From positions 471 through 64,470 of the forward strand of contig CALMPF010000023.1 of assembly GCA_937871505.1 (NCBI GenBank): a stretch of DNA of 64,000 nucleotides, written 5' to 3'. Source of the DNA: an uncultured Planctomycetia bacterium. GTDB taxonomy: Bacteria > Planctomycetota > Phycisphaerae > Phycisphaerales > SM1A02. The position numbers and the translations under genes are program-made. Of this stretch, positions 32,607 to 46,940 are shown in pieces. The number at the start of each line of letters is the position of its first letter. Positions within the stretch are counted from its first letter, which is position 1. The notes under the pieces are model-generated. The model saw only the letters and a program-made list of their open reading frames with translations. It was not told the DNA's origin and ran no database searches.

Positions 32607-33111
32607 GTTCCGGTCGCGCCGCGCCGACGGGCGCGGACATCGGGTCGCCGGCGACCGGACGCACGCAGCGCTCCGCGTCGACGGTCTGTCGCCCCCCGAG
32701 ATCGTCGCGATGGTCGTCAGCAGGCTCGACGACCTCGGCTACGGCTCGCGCCGGAGGCTCGCGCGTCAGTTGCGCGTGACGCCGAAGCAGCTCTGGCGCT
32801 GGCTCTCAGGCCACGACTGGCCGAGCGCCGCGGCGTGCCGTCGGCTGCTCGCGTGGGTGCGCCGCGAGCGGCCATGGACGGACGAGCGGCGGAGCGGCCC
32901 CCGGGGGAGCGGCCCCGTCCGCGGGCGGATGACGATCGCAGCCGCGGCCGAGCTGCACGGCGTCGCCGCGAGCACCGTCGCGAGGCACGCCGCGAGGCTC
33001 GGCGTCGGCATCCGCGCCGCGTCCGGCCGCGGCCGACGACCGCCGCTGCTGCTGACGCCGGGGGAGGTCAGGATGGTCGTCGGGCAGATCCGGAAGCGTG
33101 AGGAAGCGTGA
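32599..33111 (+). CDS. HTH-containing regulatory protein candidate (170 aa)
   Basis: There are two HTH-like stretches: RRRLARQLRVTPKQLWRWLSG and MTIAAAAELHGVAASTVARHAARLG. Confidence 0.45.
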   Translation: MGEFRSRRADGRGHRVAGDRTHAALRVDGLSPPEIVAMVVSRLDDLGYGSRRRLARQLRVTPKQLWRWLSGHDWPSAAACRRLLAWVRRERPWTDERRSGPRGSGPVRGRMTIAAAAELHGVAASTVARHAARLGVGIRAASGRGRRPPLLLTPGEVRMVVGQIRKREEA

Positions 33112-33142
33112 GGAAGCGTGATGAAGCGTGATGAAGCGTGAT
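33093..33142. repeat. 10-bp tandem repeat x5 (GAAGCGTGA[G/T])
   Basis: GAAGCGTGAG GAAGCGTGAG GAAGCGTGAT GAAGCGTGAT GAAGCGTGAT spans the stop of 32599-33111 and the convergent intergenic gap. Confidence 0.8.
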
Positions 33143-33167
33143 GCGAGGGTCACGCATCGACGGGAAT

Positions 33168-34217
33168 TCATCGCGCTGCCAGCGCATGGTCGGGCACCCG
33201 AAACTCGATTCCGATGGGATTCCCGTTCCGGAGCGGGCGCACACGCAGCTCAGTCGCAGCGTCGACCGGGAGTTCACACGCGAACCAGTCCGCGACGGTC
33301 TGCCCCGGATAGATCGACTCGGCGCTGATGCCGCCGTCGGGCACCCCGCCGGTGAGGGTGTAGACCGTGTACCGGTTCCCGTGTTCGTCGACCACGTCAG
33401 CGCGGCCGAACAGCCCTCGATCGCGCCACGAGACGAACGGAGCACGCTTGTTGGTGCTCGGATTCTCGATCTCCATCTTGATCCATACCGCGTCGGACGT
33501 GGTCGTCATCGCCCGGCCGAACTGATCGAAGTTGCGTGTGCCCACGTACGCATCCACCAAGCGAATCCGCACATCGTCGACGTCGGCCCACGCCTGCCAA
33601 TCAACGACGGTCGGGCCGCTGGATGCCGCAGGTCCCTGGACGCTGGCCTCATGTGCCCGGGACCTCGCCTGCTCCAACGCTGAGGGAACACCGGACACTG
33701 CGGCGGCGAGTCCGACGCTCGTGACCAAGCTGATCGACAGCGAGACGACACAGAGGGCACCTCCGCCGAGGGCGAAGCCGATCCCGCGCCCGCGGCGGAA
33801 GACCGCCGCAAGGACACCGATGATCGCGAGCAGGAGACCGAGGCCGGCGAAGATCGCTCCGATGATGGACACGAACGGGATCCAGCAGATGAGCAGTGCG
33901 ACCAGGCCCAGGATCACCGACGCGATCCCCATGCTGCTGCTGCCGCCGGATCCTGCATGCACGACGACTTGGTTCACGTGGCTCGGCTGACCTGGCGGGT
34001 ACGCCTGCCCATGCCCACTTGGGCCTTGGCGGGCAGCGATCCCCTCTCTCGGCACCTCGACGATTCCGGTGGGCGCGGTCGGCTCCCGGATGTCGCTCAC
34101 CATGATGCCCATGTCGGCGGCTTGCTCTTGCGCCTCGAGCAGGGTCTCCGCCTCGATCGTGACCTTCACCGGCTTGCCGGTGTCCCTGCTCGCTCCCATC
34201 ACCGTGAATGAACGCAT
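33168..34217 (-). CDS. Membrane protein with an extracytoplasmic beta-rich C-terminal domain (DUF4352-like?); moron candidate
   Basis: ATG at 34217 follows GGGGAGAT. A small N-terminal domain is followed by 3-4 transmembrane spans (IASVILGLVALLICWIPFVSIIGAIFAGLGLLLAIIGVLAAVF...). The C-terminal domain ends ...IEFRVPDHALAAR. Confidence 0.55.
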   Translation of the reverse strand: MRSFTVMGASRDTGKPVKVTIEAETLLEAQEQAADMGIMVSDIREPTAPTGIVEVPREGIAARQGPSGHGQAYPPGQPSHVNQVVVHAGSGGSSSMGIASVILGLVALLICWIPFVSIIGAIFAGLGLLLAIIGVLAAVFRRGRGIGFALGGGALCVVSLSISLVTSVGLAAAVSGVPSALEQARSRAHEASVQGPAASSGPTVVDWQAWADVDDVRIRLVDAYVGTRNFDQFGRAMTTTSDAVWIKMEIENPSTNKRAPFVSWRDRGLFGRADVVDEHGNRYTVYTLTGGVPDGGISAESIYPGQTVADWFACELPVDAATELRVRPLRNGNPIGIEFRVPDHALAAR

Positions 34218-34344
34218 TCTCTGATCTCCCCGGCGCAGGCTCCCCGCGCCGATGTCCCCTGATCTGCGTGAGGAACCGCTCCTCAGGCCATGCTGTCGCA
34301 TCGATCGATGATCCCGCAACCACGACACGGGCCGGGACAGGAGG

Positions 34345-34722
34345 TCACCCGGGCCGCCGCGAGCGCGAAGACTGGCCGCCAGATTGCGGGTTGACCCGTC
34401 GCACAGGCTTCCGTCCACGGGTCTGTTCGGTCCGACTGAATCGCCCCTTGGCGACGATGCTGTGCTCTTGCGCGAAGGCCTTGAGCACACCCACCAACTC
34501 AGTTCGTACCACATGGCTGATCTGGTCCTCGTGAAGCTGCTTGGCGTTCATCGCCCGCAGCACCTCTGGACCACACGCCTCACCGATGGCGACCAAGGCA
34601 GCGATGACGCCGGTCATTGAGCCGATGCCGGATTGCATGGCCAGCGAGTGGAGCTTGGCGTGATCTAGATCACGGACACGGATGGGAGGGGTGGCTGGCA
34701 CGTCAGGCACAGGGTAAACCAT
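34345..34722 (-). CDS. Ribbon-helix-helix-like regulator candidate (start at ATG 34722 or GTG 34749)
   Basis: PPIRVRDLDHAKLHSLAMQSGIGSMTGVIAALVAIGE has a strand-helix-helix pattern. The gene is divergent from 34797-35012 across the least GC-rich stretch I noticed in the window. Confidence 0.4.
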   Translation of the reverse strand: MVYPVPDVPATPPIRVRDLDHAKLHSLAMQSGIGSMTGVIAALVAIGEACGPEVLRAMNAKQLHEDQISHVVRTELVGVLKAFAQEHSIVAKGRFSRTEQTRGRKPVRRVNPQSGGQSSRSRRPG

Positions 34723-34762
34723 GTAGACAACTTGGGGACAAAAGTTCACATCAACTACCTTG

Positions 34763-34791
34763 TTGACAATGTAAACGGTGTGAGCTAGATT
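34763..34791 (+). promoter_or_regulatory. Near-consensus sigma70 promoter (TTGACA-N17-TAGATT) giving a leaderless or near-leaderless mRNA
   Basis: TTGACA is at 34763-34768 and TAGATT at 34786-34791. The ATG of the downstream gene is at 34797, only 5 nt after the -10 element. Confidence 0.55.
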
Positions 34792-34796
34792 CCGGC

Positions 34797-35012
34797 ATGG
34801 CCACTCGACGATCCGTGCTCATCCGTGTCTCGCCAGAGACGTACCAGCGGGCAAAACGCCTGCGCTGGCAGAGACAGAGCACGATCGGAGGGGTGGTCGG
34901 TGAGGCGTTGGAGCTGCTGGATCGTGAGCGTGGAGCCCAAGAGGCGCCGTCGGCCAGCCCAGCGCCCGCCGAAATCTCACGTTCCCGCCGCAAGCCCAAG
35001 TCCGTCGCATGA
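34797..35012 (+). CDS. Ribbon-helix-helix (CopG/Arc-like) regulator
   Basis: RSVLIRVSPETYQRAKRLRWQRQSTIGGVVGEALELLDRE fits a beta-strand plus two helices of RHH repressors. Confidence 0.55.
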   Translation: MATRRSVLIRVSPETYQRAKRLRWQRQSTIGGVVGEALELLDRERGAQEAPSASPAPAEISRSRRKPKSVA

Positions 35013-35093
35013 GACCCTCACCCACACCTGCGGTCTCACTCCCGCGGGTGTGGGAGGCGCCGGGCGGCGATCGACGCCCGGCTCCCTCCTCCT

Positions 35094-35121
35094 CCGCCGG
35101 CGACGGCGACGTCGCCGGCGG
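35094..35121 (+). terminator. Hairpin downstream of the RHH gene
   Basis: CCGCCGGCGAC-ggcgac-GTCGCCGGCGG has an 11-bp stem. It is followed by the tandem CTGATCTCCTCC x2 (35125-35148). There is no T-tract. Confidence 0.3.
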
Positions 35122-35369
35122 CCCCTGATCTCCTCCCTGATCTCCTCCCAGAGCCCGCGTGAGGCGGGCGTCTCTCTCCAGCGTGGACTCGACACGCGGG
35201 CCCGGGCCGAGCCGATCGGCCCCAGGTGCCGACGACCTGACCATCAGTCGGAGCGCCCCTCGTCGCTGCCTCGGCAGCGGCAGGGGCTTCCAGCCGCGGC
35301 GCCGCGGCAGACCTACCTCCTCCGCAGCCCCCTCCGTCGGCGCCGACGGAGGGGGCAACCCCGAACACC

Positions 35370-36113
35370 ATGAGCCACGCATGCCACACGCCGACCACGA
35401 CTCCGACCCAGACAGACAGTCTCCGGAGGCACGCGACTGCCATCGGCGACGTGGTCGGCCTCGTGCGAGGCACGATCGGGGAGCTTCCCGGGCTGCCGCG
35501 CGCCGTGCGCGAGCAAGCAGACGGACTGGAGTACCCGCCAGTCCACGATGCGTGGCTGCACCTCACGCACGATGCGATGAGGCAGCTCCTCGCCGCGCTC
35601 GGTCAGGCGGCGCTCGAGGTCGCGTGTGCGGCCGACCGGTGGGCCGCCAAGCAGGTCATGGGCCGCACCTCGGGCCGCAGACCCGAGGTGTACCTCGACG
35701 CTGCCATCTGGGCTGCCTGCCGTGCCGCCGTCGGGGCCGTCCGCGCCGCGGTGGACGGCCCCGACGGCGCCGCAGACGAGCACATCGCAGCCTGCGGCGC
35801 CCACGCGCGGCGAGCCCATGAGCTCGCCGCAGAGGCGGTCATCGTCACGCGACACGCAGGTCTCGTCGACTGGCTGAGGCGGCTGGGCATCACCGGGCGA
35901 GTGATCGCGCACGCGACGCTCGACGATGTCCGTGGCCGCAGGGTGATCGGCCCCCTCCCACTCCATTTGGCCGCACACGCGTCGCTCGTCGGCGCGATCG
36001 ACATGCCGCTCATCACTGCGGAGTCGAGGGGCCGAGACCTCTCGCCCGAAGAAATGGACAGAGCCGGCGCCGTGCTGCACTGGTACACGGTGCGGCCGGT
36101 CGCCGGCGACTGA
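35370..36113 (+). CDS. Protein with a C-terminal Csx16 (Cas_VVA1548)-like domain
   Basis: The C-terminal ~90 aa read VIVTRHAGLVDWLRRLGITGRVIAHATLDDVRGRRVIGPLPLHLAAHASLVGAIDMPLITAESRGRDLSPEEMDRAGAVLHWYTVR. This matches my recollection of the Csx16 consensus (TRHpGA..Wl....H......GD.ViG.LP..LAa........L.l....RG.EL..ee....ga.l..y.V). Confidence 0.45.
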   Translation: MSHACHTPTTTPTQTDSLRRHATAIGDVVGLVRGTIGELPGLPRAVREQADGLEYPPVHDAWLHLTHDAMRQLLAALGQAALEVACAADRWAAKQVMGRTSGRRPEVYLDAAIWAACRAAVGAVRAAVDGPDGAADEHIAACGAHARRAHELAAEAVIVTRHAGLVDWLRRLGITGRVIAHATLDDVRGRRVIGPLPLHLAAHASLVGAIDMPLITAESRGRDLSPEEMDRAGAVLHWYTVRPVAGD

Positions 36114-36173
36114 TCGACCCCCACCCACCCCCCGCGCCGGCCGGGGGGGCAGTCAGACTCAGCCGGCACCCCT

Positions 36174-36245
36174 GGCGGGGTAGAGCAGGAGCAGCTCGCC
36201 GGTCTCATACGCCGGAGGTCGCTGGTGCGAATCCAGCCCCCGCTA
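36174..36245 (+). tRNA. Prophage-encoded tRNA-Met(CAT)-like gene (non-canonical T-loop)
   Basis: The sequence is GGCGGGG TA GAGC AGGAGCA GCTC G CCGGT CTCATAC GCCGG AGGTC GCTGG TGCGAAT CCAGC CCCCGCT A. It folds into a full cloverleaf with anticodon CAT. The T-loop reads TGCGAAT (G at position 55). No CCA is encoded. Confidence 0.55.
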
Positions 36246-36293
36246 CTGGCTCGGCTGCGGCGCCCGAGGTCGGCGCCGTGGCCGGGGCGCTCG

Positions 36294-36321
36294 CCCCCTG
36301 CGGTCGCGCGACCGCAGGGGG
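36294..36321 (+). terminator. Perfect 28-bp palindrome downstream of the tRNA
   Basis: CCCCCTGCGGTCGC|GCGACCGCAGGGGG, with no T-tract. Confidence 0.35.
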
Positions 36322-36400
36322 ACTTCAGCGGGCCGCGCGGTGCGGCCCGCGACATGCTCGGAGCGACGTCGGGACGCTGCCCGACGGCATAGGAGATCCC

Positions 36401-36877
36401 ATGCGGATCGAGACAGCCCTGTCGGTCTCCGTCCTCGACGGAGACCGCGTCGTCGACCGGGCGACGCGGAGGATCGCAGTCGATGTCGCCGCCGGGGACG
36501 CAGCGGAAGCGGCGTCGCTCCTCGGTCGGCTGAGCGTCGCGGAGACGCCCAGCATGCCCGGCGGCAGCGCCGATCTCGCGATGGCGCTGCAGTCGATCGC
36601 GACGGCAGCGATCGCCGCGCCCACTCCGATCCTCGGCGAGCAGCCGGTCGAGCAGCCGGTCGAGCAGCGTGCGCCGATCGCGCACGGGTGCTCGGTGTCG
36701 ATGCTCGCGCTGCTCGCGGTGGTGGTGGTCGGGATCGTGGTCGTCGCCATCCGCGAGGGCAGCGGCGCGATCCTCGGATCTGCGTCCATCGCCGGGCTCC
36801 TCCTCATCGGAGTCGTCGGCGCGTGCTCAGTCTGGCTCGCCGAGCTCGGGGACGGGATGGGGGTGGTCGAGCGATGA
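36401..36877 (+). CDS. Membrane protein (158 aa)
   Basis: ATG follows AGGAGATCCC. The C-terminal transmembrane pair is MLALLAVVVVGIVVVAI and IAGLLLIGVVGACSVWLA. Confidence 0.5.
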   Translation: MRIETALSVSVLDGDRVVDRATRRIAVDVAAGDAAEAASLLGRLSVAETPSMPGGSADLAMALQSIATAAIAAPTPILGEQPVEQPVEQRAPIAHGCSVSMLALLAVVVVGIVVVAIREGSGAILGSASIAGLLLIGVVGACSVWLAELGDGMGVVER

Positions 36878-37323
36878 TCTGCCGGAGCCCCCAGGACACC
36901 GCCACTGCCGCCGACCTCATCGTCTGGCTCGTGCGGGAGATCGTCGCAGGCCGCGTCCTCGACGAGCGCCCCGCCGCGGTGACCTACCGCGTGCAGTGCG
37001 AGCTCGGAGGGAGGTGGACGCCCGATCAGATCGAGGCCGCGATCGACGGTGTCGTCCGCTGTCCGCCGCAGGTCGCGACGGAGCTGCGGCGGATGCCGCG
37101 GGCGCAGGCCGGGGGCCGCTCGATCGACCATGCGATCTCGGATCGCATCGGCACGGCTCCGTGCGCGGCGTGCGGCGAGATGCTCGCGACCGACCGGGCG
37201 GTCTCCGTCTGCCGCGGCTGCGCGGATCGACTCGCCGGCGCGATCGCGTCGAGCGAGCTCGACGCCGAGCTCGGAGACGTGCGTCAGCACGCGATGGTCG
37301 CGTGCGGGGAGGACGACGAGTGA
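36874..37323 (+). CDS. Hypothetical protein with a CxxC...CxxC motif (149 aa)
   Basis: ATGA overlap at 36874. The motif is APCAACGEMLATDRAVSVCRGCADRL. Confidence 0.45.
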   Translation: MICRSPQDTATAADLIVWLVREIVAGRVLDERPAAVTYRVQCELGGRWTPDQIEAAIDGVVRCPPQVATELRRMPRAQAGGRSIDHAISDRIGTAPCAACGEMLATDRAVSVCRGCADRLAGAIASSELDAELGDVRQHAMVACGEDDE

Positions 37324-37559
37324 TGCAGCCTCAGTCGCCGGGAGATCTCCCGGTGCCCACGGTGCCCCCGCCCGACCAGCGGCGTGCGATCCGAGACTGG
37401 ATCGATCGAGAGCTCGACGCCGGGCGGATCCGCGGCGAGAAGCCCGAGGATGTGGCCATCCGCGCCACCGATGAGCTCGGCTACCACGTCGCGCCGCTCT
37501 CCGTCCACGCGGCGTACATGGTCGTCTGCGTCGCGCGGCGGATCAGGGGGGCGGGATGA
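37323..37559 (+). CDS. Hypothetical small protein (78 aa)
   Basis: TGATG overlap at 37321-37325. Confidence 0.4.
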   Translation: MQPQSPGDLPVPTVPPPDQRRAIRDWIDRELDAGRIRGEKPEDVAIRATDELGYHVAPLSVHAAYMVVCVARRIRGAG

Positions 37560-38011
37560 GCCGCTCGTGCTACTCCGACGACCTCGATTCCGCCGCGCTC
37601 GCGATGTGGCGCGGGCGCGTCATGAGCGCGATCCGCGGCCGACGCGGGCAGCGCCTGCTGCGCGACTTGCTGTCGGCGCTCGAGGCGATGCCTGACCGCG
37701 AGCTGATCAGGGGCGATCTGGTCGTCGATGGCGCCTGCTGCGCGCTCGGCGCGGTCGCGCTGCACCGCGGACTGCGTGCGCAGGTCGACGAGATCCAGCG
37801 GGAGCTCCCGCGCGACGAGTGGGACGATCACGACGACGGCGAGCGCAACGAGATGATCGCGGCTGCGCTCGACGTGGCGACCTGCATGGTGCAGGAGATC
37901 GCCGACGTCAACGACGACTGGGGACCGCATGACCAGACGCCAGCGCAGCGGCACGCGAGGATGCTCGCGTGGGTGCGAGGGCACCTCGCGCAGGGCAAGG
38001 AGGAACGATGA
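37556..38011 (+). CDS. Hypothetical protein (151 aa)
   Basis: ATGA overlaps at both ends. Confidence 0.45.
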   Translation: MSRSCYSDDLDSAALAMWRGRVMSAIRGRRGQRLLRDLLSALEAMPDRELIRGDLVVDGACCALGAVALHRGLRAQVDEIQRELPRDEWDDHDDGERNEMIAAALDVATCMVQEIADVNDDWGPHDQTPAQRHARMLAWVRGHLAQGKEER

Positions 38012-39612
38012 CCATCACCACGACTCACGGCGTGTCGAACATCCCGATCGACTCGATCGACGTGCACGTCTCGTCGCGGCCGGTGGACGCCGAGCACGTG
38101 CGCCGGCTCGCCGAGTCGATCGCGGAGCACGGACTGCAGTCGCCGATCACGGTCTACCTGTCGGGAGCGCGGTACGTCCTCGGGGACGGCAGGCACCGGC
38201 TCGAGGCATGCCGGAAGCTCGGCATGGAGGAGTTGTTGGCGATCTGCCGCGCGGAGACCGCCGATGACGACATCCGCGTCGGGCAGCTCGTCGCGAACCT
38301 CCATCGCCGCGACATGCTCCCGATCGAGGAGGCCGAGGGCGTGGCCGAGCTCCTCGCGGCCTACCGGGGCCGCGGTGATGCAGCGCCGGTCGAGCGGGTC
38401 GCGGCGGCGCTCGGGCGACCCGAGACCTGGGTGCGCGAGCGGATGTACCTCGATCGACTCGCGCCGCGCGTGCGCGAGCTCGCCCGCATCGCGGAGATTC
38501 CCGCCGGCCACCTCCGCGAACTGGCACGCGTGGGCGACGTGCAGCGTCAGCAGGAGCTCGCGGCGCAGTGTGCCGGATCGTCCTGGTGGCAGATCGTCGA
38601 GCGAGACGATGAGGATGAGGTCTGCGGGTGGGACGCGGACGAGATCGCCGAGATCCGCGATCGCATCGCGACGCGGACCACGAGCCGGCCGACGATCGCA
38701 GAGATTCGCGAGACGGTCGACACCTACCTCCGGCCCCTGCGCGGCGTGCCGTGGGAGCTCTCGCTCCCGGTGATCGCCACCGACGGCCGCGAACTGCGAC
38801 CATGCGACGGATGCCCGCACAACAGCGGCAGCGACCGCGTCCTCTTCGCCGTCGCGTCCGACGCGAAGCACGAAGTCTGCGCAGACGGCGCCTGCTACGC
38901 CGCGAAGCGCGAGGCGGCGGACCGCGTGAGGACGAAGATCGAGGGTGATCTCGCGCGGCGCAAGACGCCGGCGACGCTCGACCACGTGCGAGCGAAGGCG
39001 CCGGACTGGATGAGGGCGACGACCGTCTCAGGCATCGCCAGGAAGCACGCGGCAAAGCACGCGGCCAACGGGAAGGACACGGCGTCGACGACTGCTCCTG
39101 CGGCTGCCAGACCTTCAGCGACCGGGCCGAGCGACGAGGCTCTCCGCGCATTCGCCGATCAGGTGCTCGACTGGTCCGAGTCGGTGAGCGCCCTGCTCAC
39201 TGATCTGCTCACGCCCCTCGAGCTCGTGCTGCTGAACCATCTGAGTGCCACAGGCGACAATCGAATCGTCTTCCGCACGTACGGGATCGACCGCGGGGTC
39301 CACATCCAGCCGACCGGACTCGAGGATGTCGATCCGTCGACCATCCGCGCCGATGACTACGCGAGCGCCACCGCGCTCGCCGAGCTTGCGCGGCAGCGAA
39401 AGATCGACTGTGTGTACGAGGAGATCGACTGGCTGTGCCTGCCGCGCACCTGGGTGGACGCCCTCGGCGCTCGCTACGGCGTCGTGATCCCTCCCGACCC
39501 GGTGTGGGATCCGCCGGCGCCGGCCGAGCCGCCGAAGCAGAAGGGGAAGAAGCCTCGCGGCCAGATGGCCGCGGCGAACGACCGCACGCATGACGAGGAG
39601 GACGACCGGTGA
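38008..39612 (+). CDS. ParB/Srx-domain protein (534 aa)
   Basis: IPIDSIDVHVSSRPVDAEHVRRLAESIAEHGLQSPITVYLSGARYVLGDGRHRLEACRKLG is a ParB N-terminal (DGxHR) domain. It has a long C-terminal extension. Confidence 0.75.
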   Translation: MTITTTHGVSNIPIDSIDVHVSSRPVDAEHVRRLAESIAEHGLQSPITVYLSGARYVLGDGRHRLEACRKLGMEELLAICRAETADDDIRVGQLVANLHRRDMLPIEEAEGVAELLAAYRGRGDAAPVERVAAALGRPETWVRERMYLDRLAPRVRELARIAEIPAGHLRELARVGDVQRQQELAAQCAGSSWWQIVERDDEDEVCGWDADEIAEIRDRIATRTTSRPTIAEIRETVDTYLRPLRGVPWELSLPVIATDGRELRPCDGCPHNSGSDRVLFAVASDAKHEVCADGACYAAKREAADRVRTKIEGDLARRKTPATLDHVRAKAPDWMRATTVSGIARKHAAKHAANGKDTASTTAPAAARPSATGPSDEALRAFADQVLDWSESVSALLTDLLTPLELVLLNHLSATGDNRIVFRTYGIDRGVHIQPTGLEDVDPSTIRADDYASATALAELARQRKIDCVYEEIDWLCLPRTWVDALGARYGVVIPPDPVWDPPAPAEPPKQKGKKPRGQMAAANDRTHDEEDDR

Positions 39613-39884
39613 GAGCAGAGCAGCTCGACCGTCTGCCGCACCCGCGGACGCTGGAGGATGTGATCTCCGATCTCGAGCTGCACCTCGGATCGCGCATCCC
39701 CTACGCCCCTGCGAGGATCGAGTCGGCGCTCACGGCACTGCGTGTCCGCGCCGCGCCGCGCGAGGATCTGCATCAGCTCCGGGACGATGTCCGGAGCCTC
39801 GGGCATCAGCTGCGGGAGCTGGACCTCGCCGTCGATGCGTCGCTCCGGCGCCTCGACCTGATGTGCGGAGAGCGCAGACCGTGA
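39609..39884 (+). CDS. Hypothetical protein (91 aa)
   Basis: GTGA overlap at 39609. The product looks helical. Confidence 0.4.
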   Translation: MRAEQLDRLPHPRTLEDVISDLELHLGSRIPYAPARIESALTALRVRAAPREDLHQLRDDVRSLGHQLRELDLAVDASLRRLDLMCGERRP

Positions 39885-39945
39885 GCGCAGGGACCGTCGT
39901 CCGTCCATCACCACGCCGCGCCCGGGCGCGAAGGAACGCCAACGC

Positions 39946-40256
39946 ATGATCGACCAGCCTCCACCAGCCCCCGAAGCCGGGCCCGACTCGCCTCAGGCGA
40001 CGGCGCCAAGGCCACCGATGCTCGGCGCCGAGCAGTTCGCCCGGCGCCTCGGCGTCTCGCGCTCCACTGTCTACCGGCTGCGCAACCGGGGCGCGCTGCC
40101 CGACCCTCACATCGCATCCGGCCGGGTCATCCGCTGGAGCTCGGTCATCGTCGAGCGCTGGATCGATGCTGGCTGCCCGATCCGAGACGAGTGGGAGAAG
40201 ATGCCCGGCGCTGCGATGCCGGCGGCGCCTCGCGCGAAGAAGGGCGGTCGTCGACG

Positions 40257-40260
<4 letters not shown>
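39946..40260 (+). CDS. xis: Excisionase / AlpA-family HTH protein
   Basis: LGAEQFARRLGVSRSTVYRLRNRGALPDPHIASGRVIRWSSVIVERWI matches the AlpA/HTH_17 pattern. The gene lies directly upstream of the integrase, with a GTGA overlap. Confidence 0.75.
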
Positions 40261-41756
<1,496 letters not shown>

Positions 41757-41869
41757 GCATGCGACGGCGGCTTCTCTGCGCGCCTCGGCGCAGGGGTGGA
41801 CGCGGTCGCAAGCGGGGAGTGTAACGACGCGATTCGGTCGATCAAGTCTGCTGGGCCGCGGAAGCGTGC

Positions 41870-46078
<4,209 letters not shown>

Positions 46079-46940
46079 TGGAAGACCTCCTCAGAAGTCG
46101 AGGCGAGCGGAGCGAGCCCGAGAGGCCGACTCGAAGGCCGGCGATCTGGCACGGGGCCGGCTGCTCGCGCGTGTCGATGCGGGTGGATGCGGCGCGCCGC
46201 AGCCGCGGTCGCGCACGCCGACGAGTCGCGCCGGACTCCTCCGGGGGAGGAGCTCGGCGTTCGCCGTCGGGATCGCCCAGCCGCCGCGCGTCGCTTCCGG
46301 AGGACTCTCGGCGGAGGCGGCGCGGCGGAGCGCCCGACGGCGGGACGGCTCCATCGAGAGGAGCCGATCGTCAGCGGAGAGGCGGGGGAAGGTCCAGGAG
46401 AGCCAGTCGCGGCAGGCTGGAGCGGGACGCAGCGCGCCGCGCCGCGCGCGCCGCGCCGCCCCGATGCGGCGCCGCTCCGGCGCTCTCGAGAGGCGTCCGG
46501 CCGGGACAGCGCGTCGCGACATCGCGATAGGCGCCCACCGCCGCGACGATCGCATGCACCGCGGCCCGCGCACGGCCGCCGTCGAGGACCCTCGCTATCA
46601 GGCTCCGATCGCTTGCCATCGCTCCCGCGAGCACCGCGCCGGCGCCGACCGCCGAGATCGCCAAGGCCATCGTCGCGGCCAGCATGAGCTGGCGGGCGCT
46701 GGAACCGGGCAGCGGCGTTCGGAGTCCGGAGCTCTCTCGGCGCGGGCCCGATGTCGAGCGCGTGGCCTGCGGGCGAGATCGGACGGAGCGGGAATCCACG
46801 AGTGGCCGGGTCGATGCGACGAGATGCCCGCCGCGAAGTGCGGCCGGCAGGAACGGTGAGTATTGGCGGCCGGACTCAGGCGGACAAGGAGAGCCGACGA
46901 CCGGACGACCGGACGGGTGCATGGCCGCTTCCGCGGCAGA

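Noticed and set aside
46079-46940. ORFs between secA and the ars repeat (for example 46371-46958 on the minus strand and 46011-46859 on the plus strand).
   Set aside because: All have Arg/Ala/Pro/Gly-skewed composition, no recognisable motifs, and they overlap one another. There is not enough evidence to call a gene.
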